Assembly (NCBI GenBank): GCA_051294375.1
Contig: CM119269.1
Span: 19,038,418 to 19,102,417, forward strand
DNA from: Paraspadella gotoi
Taxonomy: Eukaryota > Animalia > Chaetognatha
Length of the DNA: 64,000 nt
Direction of reading: 5' to 3'
A model generated the notes under the pieces. The model saw nothing but the letters and a program-made list of their open reading frames with translations. It ran no database searches and was not told where the DNA came from. The position numbers were made by a program, and so were the translations under genes. Positions 24,501 to 36,500 of the stretch are shown piece by piece (position 1 is the stretch's first letter; the number at the start of each line of letters is the position of its first letter).

Positions 24501-27500
24501 TGGTTCCCCTCTCGCGTCGTTTGTCGTCGCCGTCGGTCCCTCTCTGCTCTTCCCTCCGCTCTCCGCGTTGCTCCTCCGTTGCCCCGGCCCGCCGCCGCCG
24601 CCCTGCCTTTCCTTTTTCCTCCCTCTCTTTTGTCCTTTTTTTCCTTCCTCATCTCCCGCCGACCCCCGCTGCTCCCGCGCCCCTCGGCCCTTTGGACCTT
24701 CCCGCCCTCCCCTCTTTTGCCTTCGCTCCCCGCCCCCGGCTCCCCGCCGGGTCGCGGGCGCCCGGGGCCCGACCCCCCGCTTTCCGCCCCTTTTGTCGCC
24801 GCTGCTTTCCTTTGTTTCCCCCTGCCCTCCCCCCTTGCCCAGCGGTGCCCTCCCCGCCCCCCCTTCCCCCCCACCGCCCCTGTCTTTCCTTCCTGCCCGC
24901 CCCGGACCTTTCTAGCTCGGTTCCCCGTGCCCGCGCGCCTGCGTCGCAGTCTCGCGCCCTTCCGCGTCTCTTTTTTTTTTCCTTCCTCCGCGCGCCCGTC
25001 GTCGCCTCCTCTCCCTCTCGTTCGGCTGCCCGGTGCCGCGGGTCGCTGCCGCCGGTTGCCGCTGCCTGCCTCCGGGGCTCCGCCTTTTCCCACTTTGGCG
25101 CCCCTGTTGGCCGCCCTGCGTGGCCCGCGGCCGCCGGCCCGCTTGGCTCCCCGCCCGCCTGGCTTCCCCGGTTTGCCCGCCTTCCCTCGCGCCCTTCCCT
25201 CCTCCGTCGTGCCGGCCCTTTGCGCTGGCTTCGCGCGGCCTGCGCCGCCCGTCGCTGCGCCCGCCTGTCCTCGCCGCCCGCTCCCGGCCGCGCCGGCGCG
25301 CCCCGCCGCGCCCTGCCGTCGTTCCCGGCCGCCCGGCCCTCTTGGTGCTGGGCCCTTGTTGCCGCGTGGGTGTCGCCGCCCGTTTGGCTGGCGCGGCTTC
25401 CCCTCTGTCCTCCGCCCTCCCCTTTTTCCCCTCCCCGTTTTCGTTTGCCTCCTTTCGCCCTCGCGCGCTCCTTTCCCTTGCCCCGCTTCTGTCTGCCTGG
25501 GCGCTTTTCTTCCCCTTTCTTTTGTTTCCTCTCGCGCCCCGCCTTTTTCCCGCCGCGCTTTTCTCTTTCCTGCTTTCTTGCCGTTTCGCCTCGTCCTTTT
25601 TTTTGCCGCCTCCTCCTTTCGCTTTTTTTCTTTTGCCCTCGCCTCCTTTTTTCCTCTTCTCTCTGCCTCCTTTTTTTCCATTTTCTTCCTTGTGTTTTTT
25701 TTTGGTTGTTTTTTTTTCCCCGCCTCCGTTTGCCCTTTTTTTCCGTCCTTTTCCGCACCTCCGCGTCCTCCTCCTCTCTCCATCCCGTTCTCGCCTCTGT
25801 TTCCGCCTCCGGTTCCCTCGGTCCTCCCCCGTCCGGCCCGTTTTCCCCTTCTCCCTCCCCTTTTCACCGCCGCTCCTGGCTATCGCCCTTCCCTTCTCTT
25901 CCTCGCCTCGCCCCCTGCCTCCTCCTGCCCTCCCTCCCTCTGCCGCGCCCGGCCGGCTCCTTGGGCGCGGCCCTTTCCCTCCCCCCTGCTGCCACCTTCC
26001 CCTTGTGTCCCTCCTCCCTCTTCCGCCCTCCTTCCTCGGCTCCCGCCCTGCCCTTTTTCCTTGCCGTCTTTTCCCTTCCTGTTCATGCTCTCTCCTGTGC
26101 ACCCTTCTCTTTCCGCCCTCTGTCTCCACTCTCCGCTCCGCTTCCTCCTGGTCCGTCTTCTCCTCTTCGGTCCCCTAACTCCCTCCCTGGATCTCACCCT
26201 TCCCCCACTTCTCCTTTCCACCCGTTTCTGTCCCGCCCTCTTCCTCTTCGCCTCTTCTGCCTTTTTTCTTCCTTGCTTCTCCCCGGCCTGCTGTGTGCTC
26301 TCGCTTCGCCACCCTCGGGCCGCCTTGTCGTCTCCCTTTGTGTTGCGCGCCCTCTCTCTCTCTCTCTCTCCTCTTCGCCTCCTCCGCTGGCGTCGTCCTT
26401 TCTCCTCTCTCCCTGTGCCCCGTCTTCCTTCTTTCCCCCGTCCTCCCCCGCCCCGGGCGTCTCCTTCTCCTTCTCGCCCCGGCCTCTCCTCCTGCTCTTT
26501 CCTCTCCCTGCCCCCCGTCCTTTGTTGTCCCCTTTCCCCAGCCCTCTCGTTTCTTTTTTCCCTCCCTCGCCTTTACTCTGGTTGTCATACCATTTCCTCC
26601 TCCCGGTTCCTTGCGTCTCTCTTGCCCACACTCCCGCCTTTTTCCCCGGCGCCCTCCTCCCCACCGGTCCTTTTTTGTTCTGTCTCCTTCCCCGTTCCTT
26701 CGCCGGGTCCCCTTCCCTTCGGTTTTTCGGGTTCTTTATTCACCGTATCGCTGGTTCCCCCCCTCCGTTCCTCGTCTTTTCCTTTTTTCCCCGCCCTCGC
26801 CCTCCCTTTCGTTTCTTTTGGCCCCGTTCTCCTTTTCTTGCCCTACCCTTTCCCGCGTTCCCGCCGCCCGCCCGTCCCCGCCCCCTGTCGCTTCCTTCCC
26901 TGGGTTTTTTTTTTTTTTCCCTCGCGCTTCTCCCTTCGGGCCTCCCTGCGGCCCCCTGTTGCTCCGCGAGGCGCCCTGCTTGCGCCGCGCTGCGCCGTTT
27001 GGGGCTGCGCCGCGCGGGTCCAGCGCGGCTGCGCGCGGGTCCGCCCCCGCCGGTCCGTCGCCGGTCCCCCTGGTTCTGCGGGTTCCGCGCCCGCTTTTCG
27101 TCCGCCCGCTTCGGTCGCGGCCGCGGCCCGTTGCCCGCCTCTTTCTCTCTCCTCTCTCTCTCTCTTTTTCTTCTCCTCTTTTGTTTTCTCTCTTTTTGTT
27201 TCCTCTCTTCCTCCCATCTTTCTCACGGTTCCTCCGTTCCTGCTTCTCTGTTTTTTCCTTACTTTCCTCGCGTTTTCTGCCTTTTTCTCCCTTGCGCCGC
27301 GTCTCCTGACTCTCATTTCTTCCCCCTTCCCTGCACCCCGCCGCCCTCTTCCCCGTTCCGTCCTTCGCCCCTCCGCGCCGCCCTGCCATGCCCCTCTCCT
27401 TATTGCCCTGGCTCTCCCGCCTGCCCCCGCCCATTTTCTTCGTCCGCGGCTGCCGTCCTTTTCGTTGGTGTTCTCGTCGCTGTCGTGGTTGATGTCAGTC

Positions 27501-28345
27501 GGTCGTCGTACAGTCGCGTTCCTCCTCGTCCGTCGTTTACTCGTCTTTCGACCGCGGCTCCTTTCTCCCGGGTCGCTCTGCCCTTGGCCGGGGCCCGCCC
27601 ATTTGGCTGGCCCTCGCGCGCGCGCGCGCGCCGCGCGAGCGCGCGCGCGCGCGCGCCCGCGCGCGCGCGCGCGCGCGCGCGCGCGCGACCGCGCGCGGCG
27701 CCACGCCCGTGCCGCTTCCGTTTCTGGTGCTGTCCCGCTTGCCCGTGCCTCGCTTCCCCTCCCTCCTGGTTTCCCTCTTCGGCTTTACCACCCCGCACGC
27801 GAGCCGTGGGCGCCAGCGCAGCGCGCGCGCGACGCGCGCGGCCGAGGCGCGCGCGAGCGCGCGCGCGCGCGCGCGCGCGCGCGCGCGCGCGCGCGCGCGC
27901 GTGCTGCTCGCCGCTCCTTTCTTGGTCTTTTCGCCCCTTCCTTCGCCGCTGCCCTGGCGCTGCCGCGCCCGTCGGCCCCCGTCCCGTGCCGGGCTTACGT
28001 TCGTTCCCCTGTTTGTTGCCCCTCCTTTCCCGATTTGCCCTGTTTCTTTGCTTGCTCCTACCACCGACTCCCGTCTCTCCTCCCTCTCCCCTCTTCCCCT
28101 CCTCCCTTTTTTCCCTCCCGTCGCTCTCCTCTTACTCTTTGACCTTTCTCGGCTTTTCTTTTTTTCTCTCTCTCTCCCTCTCTCTTTTTTACTTTCCTCT
28201 CTCATCCACCTCTCTTTTCTCTCTCCTCTCTCTCCTCTCTCTCTCTCCCCCTCTCGTTCTTCTCCCCCTCTCTCTCCCTCTCCGCGCTTGGTACTGTCCC
28301 CGGCCCGACCCCCGGCGTCTTTCCCTCTTCTCTTTTGCCTTTCTC
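21515..28345 (-). other. Assembly artefact: reverse-complement pass over ~17540->10530 with A miscalled as C
   Basis: Reverse-complementing 17410-17514, 16170-16290, 11740-11985 and 10530-10600 and replacing A with C reproduces 21538-21640, 22703-22830, 26900-27140 and 28282-28345. (AG)n tracts appear as (CG)n. A is nearly absent. Confidence 0.95.
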
Positions 28346-28385
28346 CTCTCTCTCCCCACCCCGGCGGCGGACGGCCGCGCGCGCT
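28346..28385 (+). other. PacBio SMRTbell hairpin adapter (A->C corrupted) at the fold-back point
   Basis: Observed ctctctctccccaccccggcggcggacggccgcgcgcgct. The adapter ATCTCTCTCAACAACAACAACGGAGGAGGAGGAAAAGAGAGAGAT with A->C gives ctctctctc(c)n-ggcggcggcgg-cccc-gcgcgcgct. It lies exactly between the reverse and forward copies, both ending at ~10530. Confidence 0.9.
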
Positions 28386-31300
28386 GCGCCGCCCCCGCGC
28401 CTCGTACCCGCCGGCCTTGGGCTTACGTGTGCCCCTCCCCGCGGTCGTTTCGTGTGCGCGCGCGGGGCGCGCGCGCGGGGCGCGCGCCGCGAGCGCGCGC
28501 GCGCGCCCGCGCGCGTGACGCGCGCGCCGCGCCCTTCTGTCGAGCGTGCGCCGCGCGCGCCCCGCCCGCCTCTCCCTTCCTCTCCTCTTCGCTCGCCTTT
28601 CTGGTCCCCGTGCTGCTGGTTCACGCCATTTGCTCTTGCTTCGCTCCTTTTTCTCTGTGTGCTTCTTCCCTCCCATCCCCCACTTTCCCTTTCCCTTCTT
28701 GTAATCCCCTTCCCGCCCTCCTCGGCCGTCCCGTGGCACTTTTGTCCCGCTGTCTCGTCCGCTCCCGTCACTTCGTCGCGCACGGCCGTTTCGCCCGCCC
28801 CCGCCATTTGCTCTGGCGCGCCCTCTCTCGGTCTCTCTCTCGTCTCTCTCTCCTCTCTCTCTCTCCTCTCTCTTCTCTCTCCTCTCTGCTCTCTCTCTCT
28901 CCTCTCTCTTCTCTTTCTCCCTCGCTCTTCTTTTTTTCCCGCTCCGATGTAACCCCGGCTTTCGGTCGCGCGTTGCCTGTCACCTGCCCTCACCCCGCCC
29001 CTCGCCTCTTCCCTTTCTTTTTCTCTCTCCTCTCTCTCGTCTCTCTCTCTAATCCCTCTCTCTATTCTCTTTCTCTCTCTCCTCTCTCTCTCTCTGCTCT
29101 CCTCTCTCTCTCTCTCGTCCCTCCCTTTTTCTTCTTTTCCCGTCCCCTTCCTTCGCGACGTGCGCCCGTACGCCTTGCTCCCGCCGCCGGACCCGCCGAC
29201 CGCTTCTGCCCGACGCAGCCGCCGGCCGCCGCCACGCACCCCCCGCCGCGCCGCGCCCCCCGCCGCCTGGCCGCTCGCCCTCGCACCGTTTCGTTTTTTT
29301 TTTTTTCCGTCGTCGGCCCTTTCCCCTGCTCGTTTTCCTTTTGTTCCTTTTCTTCTGCCTTCGTTGCTCCGTACGCGTTTCCCGTTTTCGCTTGGCTTTT
29401 TCCTTATCCGTTTCCTCCCTCTCTTCATGCGCCTTCTGCTCCCATTGATCCCTTCCTCCCCGCGACTGCCGCCTGCCCGCGGCCGCCGGCCCGGACGGCC
29501 CCTCGCCCGATGGCGGCAGCGCGCGACCCCCCCGCGCGCCCCGCGCAGCCATCCCCGCGCGCGCGCGCGCGCGCCGCAACACGCTGCTTGTCCCGGTTCC
29601 TCTTCCGCGCCGCGCCCTCGGGCTGCCTCCCATCTGCTCTGCCCCTCGCCGCCCCGTTTGCCCTCGACCTGCCCATTGCCGTTGGCCTTCCCCTCTCTCC
29701 TCCTCGCATTCCGCCCTTCTCTTTCTCCCTCCACGCCCTTCTCTCTCTTCTCCCTCTTTCTTCCTCGCGGCATCACCCTCTCGCGCGCCCCTCCCTTTTC
29801 TGCCCGCCGTGCGCCTTCTGCGCGTGCCCGCCCTTTTCCTTCATCGCCCCGTTTCTTTTTTTTTTTCCTTTTTTGTCTTTCTTCTTCAACTCTTTTTTCA
29901 CATTTTACTTTCCCGCCCCTGTTTCGCCCGGTGTCCCCTCCCGCCCTTTCTTTCTTTTCCTTTTCCCCTTACCCATCCGCTTCACGCGTTTTTGGGTCCC
30001 CCCATCGACCTGGACTACCCGCACCCCTCCTTCCTTGGTGGCCCCTTGCACTTCCCGGTGTTACCTTCGCCTCCCCTGGCCGCGGTGTATTCTGTCTCCT
30101 TTTTCCACACACTCTTCTTTTTTCCCTCTACTACTCCCCTGCCCTTTCTGTTCTGCCCTTTCGTCCCCCCTCTCTTCATCTCTTGCTTTACCCTCACCTC
30201 ATACTTGCTGTGCCCCTTTACCCTTCCTTGTTTCCTTTGCTCTTACCTCCGTTTTTACTTCTGCGCTGCTGTTGCTCTCCTTCTCCTTCCCTCCTGTGCT
30301 TGTGCTGCGTTTCCAGCCTTCCTCCTTGTTTCCCTCTTTTTCTTTTTCTCTTTTCTCCCGGTTTTCGCTCCTCTCTATTCTTCTCTCACCTCTCTCTCTC
30401 TCTACTACTCTTTGTTTTTTGTCTCCCCCCCCTTCGCCCCACCTCTGTCCTCGTTTTTCTCCTCGCATCTCTCCTTCCTGTTCGACCCGTCACTTCCTCC
30501 CACCATCCTCCTTCTCTACCGCGTCAGCTGCTGGCCCGCCGGGCTGGGCCAGGATCCTTTTTGGCGGGCGCCCGTTACTTTCTGCCTTTTTTTACCCCTC
30601 GGGCTCCGCCTCCCCTGTCCCTCGTCTGTTCTGCTCGGGCCCTCCTGGGGCCCGGTTTCTCCGGGGCACCTTTACTCTCCTGCACCAACTACCTTTTCCC
30701 TCCCTTGCCTGGCACCTTTCCTTTTTTCTTTCTCACTCTTTTTTCCTTCTTTTCTTTTTCCTCTTTTTTTCTCTTTTCTGTTTCCCCCCTGGGCCGTCAC
30801 TCCGTTGGGCTTGCCTTTTCTCTCCCCCTGACGCTTCCCTTTCTCAGCTCCTCGTTTCTTTTGCTTATTCTCTTCTTCCTGTGGGTGCTTCCTTTTTCCT
30901 CTTGGTCTCCATTTTTCGTTTTCTTCACGCCCATGCTTTTCCTTGTTCCACCTGTTGCCGGACTACATTTGCCCCTTTTTCCTGCTTTATTTTCTGACCC
31001 CTTCCTTCTCTTCCCCTCTTCATCTCACTTTTCTGTCTTCTTCTTCTGTTCTTATTTTTTCGCGCCGGCCTTTTCGGCCCCTTACGTCAACCGTGGCCCC
31101 CTTCTTCGGGCCACCCACCCCACCCCTTGCCTCCATGCCCCCATTGCCTTTCGCTCGCTCCTCACCTCTTCTCATGTCCCCTCACTTCCCTTCGTCAGCT
31201 CGTGCCCCACCTGACCGTTTCTTCTCCCCGTCCCTCCTTCCGCTCCCGCTCTTCGCCCTTCCGTTTTCTGCGCTTCCCTCCTGTTCCGCCTTCGCCCTTC

Positions 31301-33477
31301 ATCCCATCATCTTTCCCTTTCCTTTTTTTTTCTCTCGCGCTTTCTCCCTGCGTGCACCTCCCTTTTGGGCTGTTCACCCCGTTTGGCGGTCGCGTTGTCC
31401 CTCTTTTCCTCCAGCTCGCCGCCCGCCTTTTTCGTCACCACCCCGCGTCCACCCCCCTGGCCCACCTACCCCAGCTGTCCGTTTCTCCTGGGCCTCCGTC
31501 CTTTTTCGCGGCTTGTCTCGCCGTCTCGGGCGCGGGCTGCGCCGTCTCTTCCCGGTGCGGTTCTACCTCGACCTGTCGTCTGCACGTCCCGCATCGCCTT
31601 GGTCGCCGCCTCCCTTTCCTCCCGCCTGCGTCGTATTTTCATTTCTCACTTTTTCCTTCTGTCCCCCTGGGACCTCCCTGCCTTTCGTGTCGTCCCACTC
31701 TTTTGTTCGCGTCGTCGCGTCCACCACTTCCTTTCGTCCCACCCTTGTCTCCACTTTTTTTTCAACGTTGTCCGGCCGTCTTCCATCTCCGCCGTCACTT
31801 CGTCACTCTCCACTCGTCCCCTTCCGACCGCCCCGCGCATTGCTCTTTACGCGCCGCCGTTCGCTCGGCGGCCGGACACCCCCCGCGCTCGTCCTTTCTC
31901 GCTTCCTCTCGCCGCCGTCGCGGGTCCCGTGCCCGCGCTCTCCCTTCCTTTTCAATTCCTCCTTCCACGCACTTTTCTTTTTTTTATGGGGGGGGGCGTG
32001 GGGGGGGGGTGGCGGAGCACCGCGCGGCCGTTTTGTTGGGTGCGTGCATGTTTTACCCCCACTTCCTCCGCTTCGCCCCACCTTTGCGTACCCTCGGGTG
32101 TCGGGCCCCTGTCTCCCTACGGCAACTGATGCGGGCCTGGTCCGTTGAGCGCTGGGTTTCACCACTCGTGGAGGGCTGGCGGGCCCCGTGGCGGGCGCTG
32201 GACGCCTCTGGAGTCTTCGTCAGGTGCGGCACTGGCCACCCGGCCCACCACTGCGCAGTTTCGGCCCCACTTCCCATTTGCCTGTCGCGCTTTCGTTCCG
32301 TTGCCCCTGCCTTATCCCCTGCTGTTGCTTCTCTTCTGTTTGCCGTCTCACGTCTTCTTTCTTTCCCGCCTGGCCTCCCCCCTCCTCGCGTCTTACCGCT
32401 CTTCGCCCGTCTTCACCATCCTCGTCCCTCTTGGGAGGCTGCACAGCCACCTCGCCCTCTGTCCGCCCCCCTTCCCTTCCCCCCACCACCACCCCCCCCC
32501 TCCCGCCTTGGCCCTGCCACCATTGCGGGTCACCGGGTGGACGGCCACCCCGCCGTTTCTCCCCTTTGTTTCTCGCGCTCCTTCCTTTGCGGCTGTTTTC
32601 CCGGCTCCTGCTTTTGGCCTGACCTCTCTCGCCTCGCCTGACTTTCGCCCTGCCTGCTCTGTCCTCTTTTATCTCCGCCCTCAGCACTTTTTTCTACTCC
32701 CGGCGTACTCCTTGCGGGCTGCCAGACCACCCCTTACACCACCGCCCTTCTTCCCGCCCGCGACTCTTCACGCCCTCCCTTTCACTCCTCCTTCCGCGCT
32801 GCCTCGTCTCTTTCTTCGCTCGGTTTTTTCCCTTTTTTCTCATTTCTTCTGTTCCTTTTTTTTTTTGCCCCTGGCGCCCCCTCATCCACCCCCTCCACTT
32901 CCTTGCTTCTCACTTTCGCTGCGTTACCCGTCCTCATCCCTCCTGCCGCGCCACGTCCTTCTTGACTCCGTGTTCCATGCCACGCCCGTTCCACCTCTCA
33001 CGCCGTCGCGCTGCGCTTCGGCTCAGTGCTGTCCGCGTTCCCGGCGGTTCCGCGCCCCGTCCCTCTTCCCTGCCAGCCGCACGCCCCCGGGCTACGCACC
33101 CCCGCCCATTTGGTGGGCGGCGCCTGCCCTTGCCTCGGCCCCCTGGACAGGCTGCTGCCCGGTTGGTGGTTTTCGTCCCCACTCCTCCCCCCTCCCGTCG
33201 GCACGCTGTCTGTTAGCGTCTCTTCCGTGACATTGTTGTTGTTGGTGGCCCGTGCGTCCCCCCGTTGACAGGCCTGTCGCCTGCTGTGTTTGTGGGCGGC
33301 CGTGCATTCGCCCTGGGGGGGGGGGGGGGGGGGGGGGGGGAGGGGGGGGGGGGTGGAGGAGGGGAGGGGGGTGGGGGGGGGGGGGGGGGGGGGGGTGGGG
33401 AGGGGGGGGGGGGGTGGGGGGGGGGAGGGGGGGGGGGGGGTGGGGGGGGGCGGTGGGTGGGGGGGGCGGGGGGGGGT

Positions 33478-33510
<33 letters not shown>

Positions 33511-36500
33511 GGAGGGAGGGGTGCCAGGCGCCTGTCGCCTGCCGTGTTGTTGTTGCTGTTTGTGGTTGCGGCCGTCGGGCTTCCTCCCCTGCCGCGCCCG
33601 TGCTACTTTGTTCTGTGTTCGTGCTCGCCCCGTTCCCTCTCAGCCGTCCCTGCGCTTCGGCTCCGGCTGTCCCCCGCGTTCCCGCGGGTTCACGCGCCCG
33701 TCCCTCTTCCCTGCCGACCGCCCCCGGGCTAGCACCCTGCGGCCCTTTGGGTTTGGGCGGCGCCTGCCTTGCTCCGGCCCTGGGCCGCTGCTGCCGCGTT
33801 TTGGTGGGTTTCGTCCCCCATCATACCCCTCATTTTGGCCTCTGCTTTCCTTTCATCGTTGAGACTCCTTTTGCTTCTTGCCTTTCCTTTACCTTCCACC
33901 TCGCTTTCCCCATCTCCCGCCTTCCTTCTTAACGCCGTTTTGCTCTTTTCTCCTCTTCATCCTTTTGTCCTTGCCGCTTTGGGCGGGCGGGCGGCCCTCC
34001 ACCGCCGGCAGGCCTTCCTGCTGGCCCCCGGCCGCTTCGTTTCGTTCGCGGTTCGCTGTCGCTCTTAGCACTTTCCTCTGCGCCCTTCCCGTTGTTGGCC
34101 CGCCCACACGACGCTCATTCGTCCCTGGGCACGCACGGTGACACTCTCAGACACTCTGGCATTTTCCTCCGCCTACTCCACACTTCACTGCTCCGTTCCA
34201 CTGTACAGCCTCACTGGGGTTCATCTGTTTTCCCTGCACCGGCGCACCCGTCCTACCTTTTCCCCGCCATCCTTTCCTCGGCAGCTACTGTGTCTCGCTC
34301 CCCCGTTTTTTCTTTTTTTCCTGCATCCGTCCGTTCTCCTCGCCCAACTCATCTCACGTTGTACCTGACTCCCCGCTCGCTGGCCCGCCGCCCCGCGCCC
34401 GCGCGCACCCCCCACTACTCTTTCCCTCCCCGTCTTCTCACGCCTCACGCATCACTCCGGCCTACCGACATCCTTTTGACCGAGTTCCCAGGTCCCGCCC
34501 TTCTACCCCCGCGCTCGCCTCGATCCGTCACGTTGGCTTTCTCGTTTTCTTGCTCCCTTTCTGCCGGCCAGCTTCTTGCGTCATTCTCCACCACCATTCC
34601 CCGCCTTCACCATTTTGTACCCTGGCCCGTCTTCCATTCCCTTGGTCCCTTTCCCTTTCCCATGTCCCTCTCTCTTTCCCTCGCCTTCGCCGCACACATC
34701 ATCCTTTTCTCTCGTGTTTTCTACCTTTTTGTAGTTCCCCCACCCGCTCGTTTTTCCACGCCTGACTTCCCCATTTTCTCGCTGTACCCCTCATCCATCT
34801 TCCCTCTTTTGCCACCCGCGGAATTTCGTGGCTCACCTCTTCGTTCCCACCACTACCCCGCGCTTTACCGTCAGGTACGGCCCGTCGTCCTGTCTGTCCA
34901 CTCTCCCTCTCCACTTGTCTCTGTTCCTCTCGTTATTTGTTCTTCACATCACCACCTCGCCTCATCCCCTTGCGCGCCTTTTTCCCGATCCCGCGGGCCC
35001 GTGGCTACTCCCGTTTCCTCCCTCTGTCTCCCTTTTACACTTCCTGCCCCACCTCCTCCTCCCTTGGCTCCCCACTTTTTTTCGCCCTTCCCCCCCTCGC
35101 GCCCCGCGCCACGACGCGGGCGCACTCTGCTCTCCTCGGCGCGCAGCTCCCCTCTCCCTGTCGCCTGCGTTCTCTCCGCCCTGTCTCGCCGTCTACAGCG
35201 GCCGTCACTGGCCTCCCACAGTCTGGCTCCTCATCATCGTCGCGGCGCCACTTTGCGTATCTCACACTTCGTCTTGGCGGGCTGCACGGTGCGGGCTTGC
35301 ACGCTGGCCACTGCACTTTCCGTCATGTCCTCTTCCGCTGCCTTCTTTTCCCGGGGCGGTGCTCGGGGCGGCGCCTCGGGTGGATTCGCGGGACGGCCCC
35401 GCACGTCTGCGCGGGCACTTCACGGGTGCCGGCACTTTTTTTTGCCACACTCACTTTTCCTGCTCCTCCTCCCCCTTCCCATTTCCTCGGCCAGGCGGTT
35501 CCATCTGGCCCGCCCCGTTCCCGGTGCCCCTCCTGTCACGCCGCCCTGATTCTGGCCCTCCTCTTGGGTTCCTCTGCGGTCGCCGGTGGCCTGCGCGGAC
35601 CGCCTGGACGCCTGGCGGCGGCGGCGGGGCACGGCCTTCGTTAGACCACTTTGGACCCGCAGCCCTTCGCGCGTCCCACCTCTGGGGTCTCGGCCATCGG
35701 CGCCCTGTCGTCTGGCTGGGCATTTCCCTCTGTTCCATCCGGCGCGTCGGCGGGGTCCTGGGGTTCGGTGACTTGGTGGGGCTGGGGTCATTCATGGCAG
35801 TTTTACACTCTCTGGGTACTATGGACGTTTACCTCCGGCGGTTGCCGCGCACCCCAGAGACCGGCCGCGCGCGCCTCCACCAGCGAGGGGGGGGGCGGGT
35901 GGCGGGGTGGGGGACGGGCGGGATCTGTGGGCTGCGCAGACGACGCGCGTGCAGCGCAGACGCGCCCGGCGAGACGCGCGCGACAGAGACGACGGACGAC
36001 GCGGCGCGCGCGCGTCAGACGCGCGCAGCCGCGCCCGCGGACAGCGCGCCCCTTCTCTTACCACGCCCCTCCGCGCTTCGCCCTCTCCTTTCCTCTCTCC
36101 AGGTTCCAGCGTTGCCATCGCCTGCCCGAACACGCTCCGCCCGGCCCTCGCCTGTGGACAATCCCCGCCCTGGCCTTGCTCTCTTCCTCCTCCTCCCGTC
36201 GCCGCTGGGCAGCTAGCTCACACACCACTGAACTTCCGCCGCGGCCGTCTCTCGCTGACTGCGCCCCGCTGCGGGTCGGGCATCCTCTCCGCGCCCCGCC
36301 CGAGCTTCTATCCGCTTTTAGTGCATGGCCGCAATTGGCGGCGCACGTGGGGCCTGCCGGGCCTCTTCGTCTCCTGCGTCTGTTGCGGAACTATCCTTGT
36401 CCACCCCTCTACACTCACTGTTTGACCACCCTCTTTGGCCGCGGTGATGTTGGAGGGTGCTGGTTGGGGGTGGAGGGGTGTGAGGGTGGGCACACTCAGG

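Noticed and set aside
27612-28560. Long (CG)n tracts as Z-DNA or CpG islands
   Set aside because: They are (AG)n microsatellites with A read as C.
33315-33522. Poly-G tract inside the TRIM copy (G-quadruplex or longer internal region)
   Set aside because: It is absent from the assembly copy (15400-15410) and from the reverse pass of the same molecule (~23510-23690), so it is a base-calling burst.
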